A DNA stretch of 52,293 bases from Chiloscyllium plagiosum (Eukaryota): contig NC_057719.1 of NCBI RefSeq assembly GCF_004010195.1, forward strand, positions 21,102,979 through 21,155,271. The letters are read 5' to 3'. Below are positions 10,777-24,353 of the stretch, one piece after another. The position numbers and the translations under genes are program-made. The notes beneath the pieces were generated by a model, which was given only the letters and a program-made list of their open reading frames with translations, did not search any database and had not been told where the DNA came from. Within the stretch, counting starts at the first letter, position 1. Each line of letters opens with the position of its first letter.

Positions 10777-13095
10777 GAACATAGAACATTACAGCACAGT
10801 ATGGACTCTTCGGCCCTCGATGTTGCGCCGACCTGTCATACCAATCTGAAGCCCATCTAACCAACACTATTCCATGTACATCCATATGCTTGTCCAATGA
10901 TGACTTAAATGTATTTAAAGTTGGCGAATCTACTACCGTTGCAGGCAAAGCATTCCATACCCTTACTACTCTCTGAGTAAAGAAACTACCTCGGACATCT
11001 GTCCTATATCTATCACCCCTCAGTTTGAAGCTATGCCCCTTTGTGCTCACCGTCAGCAGACTTGGAAAAAGGTTCTCCCTTGTCCACCCTATCTAACCCT
11101 CTGATCTTAATAGAGACATATCTTATATGTCTCTATTAAGTCATCTATCAACCTTCTTCTCTCTAACAAAAACAGCCTCAAGTCCCTCAGTCTTTCCTTG
11201 TAAGACCATCCCTCCATAACAGGCAACATCCTAGTAAATCTCCTCTGCACCCTTTCCAAAGATTCTACATCCTTCTTATAAAGCGGTGACCAGAACTGTA
11301 CACAATACACCAAGTGCGGCCGCACCAGAGTTTTGTGCAGCTGCAGCGTAACCTCATGGTTCTGGAACTCAATCCCTCTATTAATAAAAGCTAAAACACT
11401 GTATGCCTTCTCAACAACCCTGTCAACCTGGGTGGCAACTTTCAAGGATCTGTGTACATGGACACTGAGATCTCTCTGCTCCTCTACACTACCAAGGACC
11501 TTATCATTAGCCCAGTACTTTGCATTCCAGTTACTCCAACCAAAGTGAATCACCTCACATTTGTCCGCATTAAACTCCATTTGCCACCTCTCAGCCCAGC
11601 TCTGCAGCTTATTTATGTCCCTGTGTAACCTACAACATCCTTCGTCACTATCCACAACTCCACCAACCTTAGTGTCGTCTGCAAATTTACTAACCTACCC
11701 TTCTACGCCCTCATCCAGGTCGTTTATAAAAATGACAAACAGCAGTTGACCCAACGCCGACCCTTGCAGTACACCACTTGTAACTGGACTCCAGGATGAA
11801 CATTTCCCATCAACCACCACCCTCTGTCCTCTTTCAGCAAGCCAATTACTGATCCAAACTGATATATCTCCCACAATCCCATTCCCCCGTATTTTGTACT
11901 GTGGGGAACCTTATCAAATGCCTTGCTGAAATCCATATACACCACATCAATCGGTTTACTTTCATCTACCAGTTTGATCACCTTCTCAAAGAACTCAATA
12001 AGGTTTGTGACACACGGCCTACCTTTCACAAAACCGTGCTGACTATCCCTAATCAAATTATTCTTTACTAGATTATTTTAAATCCTATCTCTTATAGCCT
12101 TTTCCAACACTTTACCAACAACTGAAGTAAGGCTCATTGGTCTATAATTACCAGAATTGTCTCTACTCCCCTTCTTGAACAGGGAACCACATTTGCTATC
12201 CTCCAGCCTTCTGGCAATATTCCTGTAGATAATGACAATTTAAAGATCAATACCAAAGGCTCTGCAATCTCCTCCCTGGCTTCCCAGAGGATCCTAGGAT
12301 AAATCCCATCTGGCCCCGGGGACTTATCTATTTTCACACTCTGCAGGATTTCTAATACCTCTTCCTTGTGAGCCTCAATCTTATTGGAAACAAAATTCAA
12401 TAAAATTTAGACGAGACCACCAAAACTGGAAACAAGACAATTTATTATGAACTTGCAAGTAAGGGCTTCAAACTTAGGTTAATGTACAGTTATACCCTTT
12501 GAGCTGAGTGAGGTCATCTCTCCAGACTCCTAATTACCCAATCTCTCTTACTGTGCCAGACCACTGCCCAGTTGTGCTCCACCCTTATTACTTCCCCCTT
12601 CCCCAGGTTGGCAACTTTCCTTTCTGTAAGTGCTGACACATACATTTATTTTGTCAACAGTACATCTAAATCTGGTTTAACATTTTGTATCAATTCTGCT
12701 GGTACATTCCATCCTCGGACATTTCATTAACTTGTATCATTTTGTATAGCTCAAGCATTTCGGCTATCTCAGCTTTTTGCTGAAAGCATAATTTTACAAA
12801 AGTAACTTTTTGTTATAGTAATTACACACCAAAGTTAGTATTTAATTAACCACAATTATACACTGAAAAGTCCCTAAATACCTGCAGGGTTAATAGTTCT
12901 CTTGCTGTACCCCTTTTCTGTATGCTTTTTCTATATCTGCAAAAACAACACTTTACCCCATTTCTAACAATCCTACCTAGTCTAGTAGCCTGTATCTCAG
13001 TATTCTCCTTGATAACATTGTTGTTTTCTAGAGTGAATACTGTTGAAAAATATTCATTTAGTGCTTCCCCTATCTCCTCTGACTCCACACACAAC
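10777..13095 (-). mobile_element. CR1 LINE, 5'-truncated and frameshifted ORF2 (RT), containing a solo LTR
   Basis: ORF fragments [57 protein letters not shown]; (tagaaca)n tail at left. Confidence 0.93.
12382..12969 (-). mobile_element. Putative solo LTR (588 bp) inserted in CR1
   Basis: CR1 is contiguous across it (cctcaatc|ctacctagtc); ends tattggaaa...tttctaaca are imperfect inverted termini (TG..CA with one change); 4-bp flanks atct/atcc; minus-strand AATAAA near 12441. Confidence 0.6.
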
Positions 13096-13121
13096 CCTCA
13101 AGTGCCCTAACTGAGCCTTCA

Positions 13122-13454
13122 CATGGGCATGGATGGGATAAATAGACAAAGTTGTTTCCCTGGGGTGGGGGAGTCTGGAAATGGAGGGCATAGGTTTAGG
13201 GTGAGAGGGGCAAAATATAAAAGGGACCTAAGGGGCACCTTTTTCACACAGAGGGTGGTACATGTATGGAATGAGCTGCCAGAGGAAGTGACCGAGGCTG
13301 GTACAACTGCAACATTTAAAAGGCATCTAGATAGGTATATGCATAGGAAGGGTTTGGAGGGATATGGGCCGGAAGGGTTTGGAGGGATATGCTGGCAGGT
13401 GGGACTAAATCAACATGGGGTCTGTTTCTGTGTTGTATATTTCTATGACTCTAT
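13122..13454 (+). mobile_element. CR1/HER1 3' end, right half of the split copy
   Basis: GMDGINRQSCFPGVGES..GHRFRVRG..FFTQRVVHVWNELP; tctatgactctat tail; small tandem duplication near 13346-13391. Confidence 0.9.
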
Positions 13455-15056
13455 AAGTAGATGACATATTCAAGCTGCACATTTTCAAGCATCCATCACA
13501 CCTGATGAACACTTGGATATTGAAGGCATCACACCAGACAACAACTACACATTCAGTCATGACAACATGTAGCACAGCACAAAACACCACCAAATTTATA
13601 ATATCTGGATAAAGACTCAATCTGGTTATTTCCTACATTAGCTGAATTTTCTTATACACACACATTCTTGAACATGCAATCGAGAAAGCGTTTCCATTCT
13701 TTGAAAGGAAAGGGGGATGAGATTGCATTTTACCATAGATTCCAGGTACTGTCCCTTTAAATCAGCTACATGACATCACACCTCGGATTATTACGGCATA
13801 AAGGTACCCATTTCACCTTAGCAACAGTCTCTTTCTGTAATAGTGTCAGTTCAGTCAGTTGGTTGTGTGTGTATTGTAAGTAACATGAGTAAGCACAGAA
13901 ACCAGACTGCATGTGTAACTTCGTGATATTATTTTTACTAGTTGGATTTGGAAATAAACCTCAAGACATTTGACTGAACAGAACCTGACGATCCATGGTT
14001 TATGTTATGTGGGTTAACATAGTAAATTACAAAGAGCATCAGCTACCTCTCACTAGATAATTGTTTCTCTCTCCTTAGGGCCTGTAAACAAAGATTCCCA
14101 TGTAGTTTGTCTTGTGCCAGGCTCTGCTGTTGTTATCACTGCAACAACTTGTGTGCAATAATTGCTCCCTCTGTGTTCTTAATAGCTCCTGTTTGTATTC
14201 TCCCTGGAACCAGCCTTGGTGGCAATTTATTTAAGTGGTCTCTCACCATTTTCCTCCCTAGGATATTATCAAAGTGCCACATGTTAGATTGAGCGTCCTG
14301 GAATTAAATTAGCTTCCTTTGATCTAATTCAATAATTTAATCCTTTTATTCACAGGTTAAGTGAGATACAAAGCACAGAAGCCAACCATTTGGTTCAACC
14401 TTATCTCTGTTGGTATTGAGTTTTGACATAGTCTTCCACTTCCTTTTGACAGAAAATTCTAGTTACTAATCACTCCCTGAAAATAAAAACAAAACTTTTC
14501 TTTATTAGCTTTATTACTAACAATTATACATTTATGGCCCCTTTTGCCCAGATGTGTAAACTTTATACCTACCACGTCCAACCCATTCAGAATGTTAAAG
14601 ACATCTGTCAGATCACCTTCTCACTTCTACAGAAAATGTCCCACATGTTCAATCCTTCTTGATATCTATAATCTAATGTCATGATCTAACTTGGCCCTCA
14701 TACAAGTTTAACATAGCCTCATTACTATTGAATATTAAAATCCTGGAAATAAATCTTAATATATTGCTAAAAATGACACAACACCAGGTTATAGTTCGAC
14801 AGGTTTATTTGAAAGTACTGGCTTTCGGAATGTTGCTCCTTCATCAGGTAACTGTGGAGGAGGATCAAAAGATACAGAATTTATTGCAAACGATCACAGT
14901 GTCATGCATGCAACTAATGTGACATACTGAACAAACTAGCTTGCTGTTAAGTCTGTCATCTTTTAGAAGGGGTTGCAGGTTTTAGTTCATTAATATGCAA
15001 ATTCCAGGACTTCTTTCAAATCACATTCCTGAGATAATGTAAGGTTTTATTAAAAA

Positions 15057-15370
15057 TTAGATTAGATTACATTACAGTGTGGAAACAGGCCCTTCGGCCC
15101 AACAAGTCCTCACCAACCCGCCGAAGCGCAACCCACCCAATACCCCTACATTTACCCCTTACCTAACACTATGGGCAATTTAGCATGGCCAATTCACCTT
15201 ACCTGCACATCTTTGGACTGTGGGAGGAAACTGGAGCACCCGGAGGAAACCCACGCAGACACGGGGAGAACGTGCAAACTCCACACAGTCAGTCGCCTGA
15301 GGCAGGAATTGAACCCAGGTCTCTGGCGCTGTGGGGCAGCAGTGCTAACCACTGTGCCACCATGCTGCCC
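15057..15370 (-). mobile_element. HE1-like SINE inserted in the left arm of the family B element
   Basis: (ttaga)n tail and tRNA-like head; absent from the right arm. Confidence 0.92.
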
Positions 15371-15549
15371 TCAGCTCAGACAATACATTAAAGGTGTAAG
15401 ATTAGAGTCTGTCTGTATCCCAATCTTGGGTCAGAGTGGTTCTATTTCCAAAGTAGGAATTCATAAAAGGTTATGTGGATTGACTGCCTGCAGATTGTGT
15501 GTATTGAATGAAATAGAATGTATCTGCAATTACAATTCCCCATAGACCT

Positions 15550-15820
15550 GTATGTATGTGTGTGTGTGTGCGTGCATGTGAGGGAGAGAGGGAGGGAGGG
15601 AAAGAGAGAGAGAATGAGTGTGTGTGTGTGTAAGAGAGTGTGATTGTGTGCATGTGAGAGTGTATGTTTGCTTGTGTGTGCCTCTTAGGGGATATATGTG
15701 TGTGTGTCTGAGAGAGAGAGTCTTATGAGAGAGGGTCTGCATGAGTTTGTGAGTATGTAAGAGTGTGCACATACACTCTCTCTCTCTCTTTCTCCCTCAT
15801 ATGCATGCTCACACACATAT
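15550..15820. repeat. Compound (TG)n/(GA)n microsatellite switching to (TC)n/(CA)n
   Basis: Direct reading; strand composition flips near 15765-15775. Confidence 0.9.
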
Positions 15821-18480
15821 AAGTCCATGGGGTGATTTTGCATTTGCAGAATTGTAATTGCAGATACATTCTATTTTGTTCAAACCACACAATCTGCAGG
15901 CAGTCAATGCAATGTAACATTTTATAAATTCCTACTTTGGAAGTAGAACCAGTCTGATTCAAGACTGGAATACAGACAGACTCTAACCTCACATGTTTAA
16001 TGCATTGTCTGAGCTGAGATGTCACCTTTTATTAAAATAAAACCATAAGTTATCTTGAGAATGTGTTTGAAAGAGTTTCTGAGATTTACATATTAATGAA
16101 CCAAAACCTGCAATCCATTCTAAAAGACGAAAAACTTTACAGCAGTCTTGGTTTGTTCAGTGTACCATATCAGTTGCATGCATGACACGGTGATCTTTTG
16201 CAATAAAGTCTGTGTCTTATGATGCTGCTCCACAGCTACCTGATGAAGGAGCAGCACTCCAAAAGCTCGTACTTCCAAATAAACCTGTCGGACTATAACC
16301 TGGTGTTGCGTGATTTTTAATTTTAATTTTGTCCATCGCAGTCCAACACTGGCACCTCCACATGATAATATATTGTTAGCAGTTTCAGTACTTCATGGGC
16401 TTATTATGCTGCTTTTAATGATTTGGTCACCTTTTATCCCAAGGTTTGTGCTGTACAACCCCACTCAGTTTCTTATTTCTTTGAAAGTAATTTGTGTTAT
16501 TGTTGCAAAGCACACCACATCATATCTATTTAATCTAAAGTTCATTTTTCACTCAATAACCCAGTCTGTCAGTTTTCTAATGTCTTCTTGTATTATGTCA
16601 CATTCTTGCTTATGTCTATTCCTAAAAGTAGGCAATTCTTGTTATCCTTGATAGGCAAAGTGTGTTTATGTTTTTGTATTCTTGCCTCCTGAGCACTATT
16701 TAATATTATTTTTGAGGTTAGAGCAAACATTTTTACTAATATGATATCGACATGACAACAAACAACAACATTGTCAATCTCAGAAATTCTCTGGAAAGTA
16801 AATCACTGTTAGAAACAAATGATCCTGTTATGGTCTCTAGAATCAAATTTCTATATTTGAATGAAATTGTCTTTTGTGAATTTTCCTCTGAACAAGACAA
16901 GGATTTTACAATGCGTCATAACCAATCTTTCACAATACATGGCATTCCTATTAAACAGAGAATACTCCGAGTGTAAATGATCCCGAGAAGCCGTGAAATT
17001 CAAGAGTCCTGAATTTTACATCACAATCAATCTTACTTCTTCCATGATGCGTCTTGTGAAATATTACTCGTTTCATGATGGCACCTCATGACACACAAGG
17101 TGGCAACTGAAAAATACTTTGACAGATGTTACATGTAGGCCAGAGCTTACAGAATTTAAAAAGTGTTTTTTTTTGCTGCATGCCTATAGATATGTGGGAA
17201 ATCTTAAATAATAGACATTGGTCTCCATTGTATATTGAGTATAAAGCTTCCAAAATGTACCAATCTCTGTGTGACAGAATTTGATGGAACCCCATATTCC
17301 ATTATGGATGAAAGTCAGGGATCAACTTGATTGTATAACATCAAAGAAAATATGGAATGTCGAGCTATTTATTTGAGGACACAAGTAGCACTGAGTTGGT
17401 AAATTGCAATCCTATTTATTAAGACATTCTTCGGTATAATACACTGCTCAGATTGCAGGAATGTTTCCTTTTAAATGTTGCCAATGGAAATCATCATATC
17501 TTGCTCCCAGGTTTCATCCAGAACTGAAAATGACTTACTTATTCCTCTGTAGGGCATCTGGAACTCTTAGTGAAACTGCTGAACCCTATCTTCAGAGCCC
17601 TAATTTGGTCTTCCCAGTAATAACGTTCCTAATTGGAACAAGACATTGACAATTTTCTGCACAAAGAGCTGAAACATTGGAAGTAATAACTATCAAACCG
17701 TAGGAATTCAAATCTTGTAACCTTCTGAAGAGAAGCAATTTTTTCAAGAATATGTAGGAAGCTGGGCAATTTTGAAAGATTACCTTAAATTGCTACTAAT
17801 TTATTTTGTTTCTTTCAAAGCAAACTTTGCTTCAAGCGTTCATTACATAGATCACAAATTCTACTTTGCTTGAAGGTTGCATGATCTCAAAATTATTACA
17901 GAAATGTATGTGTGGAAAATCTTTTCTGTCAAGAACACAATTTTCTTTGCATATTTCAAGTCTGTAAAAACATCAAGAAATATGTATCTTCATAAGAGCA
18001 TGCAAATTAGATACTGCAAACTATATGATACCTCTAAGTGAGTAAGGTGCAACAATACTAATAGAATTAGTTAAGATCATTACCATGCATAAAAGTGAAC
18101 ACAAAAGGGCAAGGAGAGGAAAAGGTCACTTATCCTTTCAATGTTCATCCTGGAAATGCTCCCAGCATAGTGTCTAATTCAGCATGGTGTCTCATTATAT
18201 TGTTGCCTCTAATGACAATGCTTGATGATTCAAACTATTTGTCAGTCTTTAATTGTCATGGGATAATGTAAAATTACTGCAGGTTGGTGAGCAAAAGAAT
18301 TTGGCGAGGAGGGGCTTTTATATGTTTTCCTTCTCTTTCTTTAATTATTTTTGATAGCCTCCAGAGAGACTGGAGTTAAAAAGCCACATGAGAAAACAGG
18401 GTCTGATCAGTAAAATATCAAAGATTAACATTACAGAAGCGTTAATCACTAGTAAAGACTATAATCAAACCCAGCAAGAG

Positions 18481-18790
18481 GTGGCACAGACTCAATGGTT
18501 AGCACTGCTGCCTCATACCACCAGGGACCTGTGTTCAATTCCAACCGTGGGAATTGTATGGAGTTTGCACATTTTTCCCTGTGTCTATGTGTGTTTCCTC
18601 CCACAGTACCAAAGATGTGCAGGTTAGGAGGATTAGCTATGCTAAAGTGCCCATCGTGTCCAAGTATGTGCAGGCTAGGTGGATTAGCCATGCAAAATGC
18701 AGGATTACAAGGATTCAGTATGATGCTCTTCGAAGGGTTGCTGTGGACCCAAAGGACTGACAAGCCTGCTCCCACACTGTAGGGATTCTG
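18481..18790 (+). mobile_element. HE1-like SINE, diverged
   Basis: tggttagcactgctgcctca head, ggagtttgcacat domain, cctgctcccacactgtagggattct tail. Confidence 0.85.
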
Positions 18791-18859
18791 TGAGTATAAA
18801 AGTACATTTATTTTATGGGAGGCCAATTCAGCCATGCAAAATACGCATCTTGTGGCATT

Positions 18860-19265
18860 TGGAGAATTATGGACAGGTTGTATAACCAAGATGAACACAT
18901 ATGCAGAAAGTTTCATAAGCTCAGGACTTTGAACTCAAGTAATGTTGAAGTCATTGTGTTGCATCCATGCGGCTGAAGGTTATAGGAATAGCATTTTCAA
19001 AGAGGTGTTTACAGTGCAGGTTTGGAGCATGCAGGCAAATAATAAATGGCTGAGTTCCAGACAGTAAAAGGAAACTAGGCAGATGGTGCAGGATTCCCCT
19101 GAAGTCCTACTCAACGTCCAGTTCTCCATCCTAGATACTCGTGAGAATGATCATTCCTCAGAGGTGTGCAGCAAGTGCTATATCCATTGCACTACAAGTG
19201 GGCCATCTGTATTGAGGGAAGGAGAAAGAGTGGAAGAGCAGAAGTTGTTGGGAATTCATTAATTA
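18860..19265 (+). mobile_element. Old CR1 ORF1 (zinc finger / esterase region) remnant
   Basis: Degenerate HICRK(F) and AEVVGNSLI (cf. the GDS motif of CR1 ORF1 esterases). Confidence 0.5.
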
Positions 19266-19874
19266 TGTCTGTAATTGTTATTTAACAGACTATTAACTCT
19301 ACGCTGAGTTTGGCATCAAAAGACATTCAGAGGTTTTCAAGAGTTTCATTGCAAATCTATAATTTAGTAAAAACAGTAGTTTTGAACATTTCCCTTCTGG
19401 ACATTTCTCCTATCTTGAATCCAATTCTATATTTGGATAGAACCTAAGTCAATTATGTTGGAATTTCTTATGCTCTCCTCATTTATGTCTTCCCCTACTA
19501 CAGAAGCTTGGAGTCTTCATAACTTCTGAGAGTTCAATTGGCCTGAAATACTTGAATTATTTAACGTGAAATTTTGACAAAAGCTTTCCAAAAAGCTCTA
19601 AAGAAATGCTCAATAAACCCATGATTCACCTTATTCCACGGCTCTTTCAAATAATCAAGAGAGAAGTTGGACCAGGTTCCTTTTCGAAATCAAAACCAAT
19701 AGTTTCTTAATAAACCATTGCTATACTGGCCAGGTCTAACCTGCCTCTGACAACACACTAAATTATATTCTTATTGATAATTTTGATATATTCTTTTGTT
19801 AATTCATTCAATCTATTAGTTTAAGGTGGTTTGTTACTGCTAAATCCTTTTGTTTTGCAATATCACTTCCACTA

Positions 19875-20540
19875 TGAGTCAAAGAGTCATAGAGTTGCAT
19901 AGTACAGAAACAAACCCTTCGGTCCATCTCGTCTATGCCCACCAGATAGTGTAAATTAATCTAGTCCCATTTGCCAACATTTGGCCTATATCCCTCTCAA
20001 CCCTGTACTCATCCAAATGCCTTTTAAATGTCGTAATTGTACTAGCCCCCACCACTTCCACTGGCAGCTCATTCCAGATATGCACCAACCTCTGTGTGGA
20101 AAAAGTTGCCCCTTCGGTCCCTTTTAAATCTTTCTCCTCTGATCTTAAAGCTATGCCCTCTAGTTTTGGACTCCCCTACACTTGGAAAAGACTTTGACTG
20201 TTCACTCTATTTATGCCTCTCATGATTTTATAAACCTCTATAAGGTCACGCCTCAGCCTCCAATGTTCCAGGGAAAATAGCCCCAGCCTATTCAACTCCT
20301 GCCTATAACTCAAACCCTCCAATACTGGCAACATTCTTATAAATCTTTTCTGAGCCCTTTCAAGTTTCACAACATTTTTTGAATAGCCGGGAGACAAGAA
20401 TTGAACGCAGTATTCCAACAGTGGTCTAACGAATGTCCTGTACAGCTACAACATGACCTTTCAACTCCTATACTCAATGAACTAACCAAATACCTTCTTC
20501 ACCAGCATGTCTACATATGACTCTAATTTCAAGTAACTAT
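19875..20540 (-). mobile_element. CR1/HER1 LINE 3' end
   Basis: EYCVQFLSPGYSKNVVKLERAQKRFIRMLP; (catagagt)n tail. Confidence 0.9.
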
Positions 20541-20555
20541 GACTTCAAAATCTTT

Positions 20556-20901
20556 CATAGAATCCCTACAGTGAGGAAACAGGCCCTTCAGTCCAACAGG
20601 TCCACACCGACCCTCTGAAGGATAACCAACCCAGACCCATTTCCCTACCCTATTGTCCTATATTTATCCCTATTAATGCACCTAACATACACATCCCTGA
20701 ATACTATGGGCAATTTAGCACAGCCAATTCACCTAACCTGCACATCTTTGGATTATGGGAACCAAAGCACCCAGGGGAAACCCACGCAGACATGGGGAGA
20801 ATGTGCAAACTCCACAAGGACAGTTGCCTGACGTTGGAATCGAAATTGGGTACCTGGCGCTGTGAGACAGCAGTGCTAACCATTGAACCACCATGCTGCC
20901 C
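20556..20901 (-). mobile_element. HE1-like SINE
   Basis: Full head, central domain and CR1-type tail. Confidence 0.9.
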
Positions 20902-22596
20902 CTTTTAGCTTACCATAGATGTGTTACAACTAAAAATTCTGTTATCTTCCACAATGAATGTTCGAGAAAATATTTGAAATCTTTGATCATCTTTGACTTC
21001 ACTTCCACTTTAAGCTTCAAAATGTTCTTTAATTGCTTCATTATATGTTCATACTTTAATATCGTGCTTAACATATTTGACAGCATTTGTTTAGGCCTAG
21101 CTTACATTGTGTCTTACCTGCGTCAGCAAATCTATATTTCCTTTCAACATTCCTTTGTCTCCTTTTATTTCCTTTCCCTTGGGAATATCTCGTAACTGTT
21201 TGTTGGCTGTAATTGTGCAATCATTCAATATTTATCACATCAGCCAATGTGAGTCACTAACCACTTGTTGTAAATCACAACAAATGTTTTGTGGAAGGAG
21301 CATTGTCGGGTATGATGTATCATGGCTGGTGATAGCGTGCAGTTTTGCGTCTACAATGGTCCAGATGGTGAATTCAGCTAAGCTGCTGTAGGAAATTACC
21401 AAGTGGAAACCAGAAACCTCCCAGGAAGAAGCGAGCAAACACAACAGAACTAATAGTTCCCTTAAGTAGTCTTATTTCAATAGGGCCCTTTCAATTGACA
21501 TAACTCTTCCTCTTAATAGCATTACCTTGTACACTTTCATTTGCAAGCAATGAAAAGAGACAGAACAGTCCTCAGTCTCAATTAATCAGTATCCCAAAGC
21601 AGTACATATCACACATGGAAGCTTAGCCATAGAGCAGCAAGTCTGTTGCAGGTCACAGATCAAAAATAACTCAGAAGCAAATAGCCCCCAGGTTATATTT
21701 TGAATATCAGTGACAGAACTTTACCAACTTATATCTCTTGTTACGGCGTAAATTTCTGCGCATCATAAATCTTAGGTCTCTCATGGTGCTGAATACGTTA
21801 ATAACAAAGAAGGTTTGAGGCATCTCCAAATGAAGACATGCGTGTGTAGCACAATTTGGTAAAATTGTCAATTAAAAGTCAATGGCTCAAAGATTGGAAT
21901 ATAGTAATTAACCTTTTAGACATCAAAAAAATTACTGAGGCGCTAAATACTTTCTGCTTTATGTTCATTCTAATGCTCCTTATACCTTCATTTTGAATAT
22001 TAACATTTTGGAATTTTTTTTCATATTTAAAGCAGGTTTCCAGGGTAACAGCATTTTTGCTGTCTTTTCACCAGAAAATTACAGAAACAAGACATGGCAA
22101 TTATGACTCTGTAGAAATTAAAGTTACTTCCAATGGGAAATTTAATTTCTTTGATTGAAATGTTAAATGAAACAAAACCCAAAACAACTCTAAGTATGAA
22201 TTTATTAACAAAGCAATGACTACTAATAAGAAAAAAATGAAATTTCAGTTGTAATCTGAGGGTGACAAACAAATTACTTTATTATATCATTCATGGCATT
22301 GCACTCTTGCGTATGAATTTTATATGTAAATTCGAGCTCCCAATTCTCGGAATCAGATATGAGGTAACTAAACACTTGCCTGTTTCATCTTGCACTTTGT
22401 ATCCATAAAGAATTCACAGCCTTTTATAAATATGCTTGAAAATGCAGCAACATCAGAGTACAATTTCTGTTACAACTGTCCTTGTGCCTGGAATTAAAAA
22501 GGGGCACTTAACCAAGGGATGAATTGTAATAGAGTACCAATGTTTAGATTTTTGTATGAGCAATTCTGTGCAAGAGGCTTAATTAGCTCACATACG

Positions 22597-22728
22597 CTGA
22601 GGAAGGGTCACTCAATCTGAAATGCTAACACTGATTTCTCTCCACAGATGCTGCCACACCTCTTGAGCTTTTTCAAAATTTTTGTTTTTCTTTCTAATTT
22701 ACAGCATCCACAGTTCTTTCAGTTTTTG
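22597..22728 (+). mobile_element. Family C element, decayed core
   Basis: ctgaggaagggtcactcaatctgaaatgctaacactgatttctctccacagatgctgcc. Confidence 0.7.
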
Positions 22729-22915
22729 CTTAGTTAGTTCAGTAGACTGGTTTGCAATGCAGAGGGATGCCAGTGATGTGGGTTCAGTTCCTGCACCAGC
22801 TGAGGTTCCAAAGTAGGACTCTCTTTCTCAACCTTTCCCCTCCCCTGAAGCCTGGTGGCAGTTCAGTTAAAACACCAATTATCTCTCTGTAAGGAGGGAG
22901 TGAGACGATGGCTCA
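22729..22915 (+). mobile_element. tRNA-derived SINE of a second family
   Basis: B-box-like gggttcagttcc preceded by an A-box-like segment; body unrelated to HE1; family not assigned. Confidence 0.45.
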
Positions 22916-23770
22916 TCTACCTATTTATTCTGACCAAGCAAAATGAATTAGCAGCAATGTTAGTTGAGTTTGCTGGTGGCCATGTCTGTAAAATTGTACT
23001 ATTTCTCTGTTAAATAGATTTTTCCTCTGAGTGTGTACAATGACAGGACTGAGTTGCATTCATTTTAACATCACAAAGAACACCTTTGTTTCTTGCTGCA
23101 GCAATTGATGCTCTGTTGCATAAACAATAGGGAAGGGGCAAAGGTTCCTTCGATGAGTAACTGCAGCCCATACAAACTGGCCTTGAAGCAATGTGTACAG
23201 GCTTCAGTTCAGACAGTGGCTTCCATCTTGAAGTTACTCAAGATTTTGAAGAGTTCCTATTATATGTTATTGTTTCTCCTATTTTCAATGACCATGTGCT
23301 GGATTAAACTGACCTTCAGCAGGAACGACATGACTGCTGCAAGCAAATGATGTTGCTCATTAATTACTATATTTAAGCTTACATGTAAATGCATGGACTA
23401 CCCAAAGATTATGCAGCCCAGTTTCTTTTACCATTGGCATCAGTTCTTCACAAACTTTAAGATAAAGCAAAGTTAAAACTACAAAAACAGAAAATTTACA
23501 TTTGATTGAACTTTTAGTTCATATCTTGGTTGAGGAATTAGTTATGTCTGTCTACTGCTCTCTCTCTCTCTCTGTCTCTCTCCCCTTAAGGTCTCTCCTT
23601 TACAAAGACCACTTCATTCAACAGACATCCACAGATGCCATCTAACTCCCCTGTTTGGTACTCAGCTCACCATTACTACCTGTTGCTGGAGGTCCCCTTT
23701 CCCACTTTCCTGCTTGAAACTTACCATCCCAGTAGCTTCATATAGTGACTCACAGTGACTGTTCAGTAAG

Positions 23771-24353
23771 TGTTTTGGACCAGGCTAGCACCCCCCTCAA
23801 AATATTTTGAGAAGGTAGCCTAGTCCGTAACTTTATCTGATTTTAAAGGCAGATGTGAGGTGGATATTCTAGGTGTGATTCAACTGGTGAAACCACTCAG
23901 CTTTAAACAAAACAGAATTTATTTAAACACTACAAACAAAGGAAAATGGAATTTGGAATAACAACTACTGAGAAAAGTAACTGACCCGACACACTAGCTA
24001 TTACTAATTAACTGCTCCAATACAGTAACATCCCATAAACACACTCCTTGGCGAAAAGGTCAATTCAAACACAAATTCTTACAAACAAGAGGGAACAAAA
24101 CCTAAAGCAATTTCAGAAGAATGTCAGAGGAGTTCTTTACTGAAGCTTGCAACTCCCCTGAACTCACATATCTTGTGACTGCTACAGCTAAAACAAACTA
24201 GAAAAAACCTGAACTGGGAGGACTGGCCACTCCACTTCCATTATTAAATTGCTAAAAACCCCTAGACCCCTCAGCACCTCTGCATTTATGACCTCTCTTC
24301 AAAAAAAAAATACAAGGACATAATAACCTTGTTAAAGTGACAGCATCATCACA
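23771..24353 (-). mobile_element. Solo LTR (583 bp) related to the Gmr1-like LTRs
   Basis: TG...CA termini, perfect 4-bp TSD taag (23767-23770, 24354-24357); start tgttttggaccaggc..cctcaaaatatt resembles the LTR start at 35276. Confidence 0.8.

Larger units (their letters stand above)
14770..16365. mobile_element. Family B Penelope-type element, long inverted pair with microsatellite centre
   Basis: 14770-15545 (excluding the SINE) is the reverse complement of ~15825-16318; cores at 14818-14850 (-) and 16237-16271 (+); TSD taatatattgYta at 14757-14769 and 16366-16378. Confidence 0.85.
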
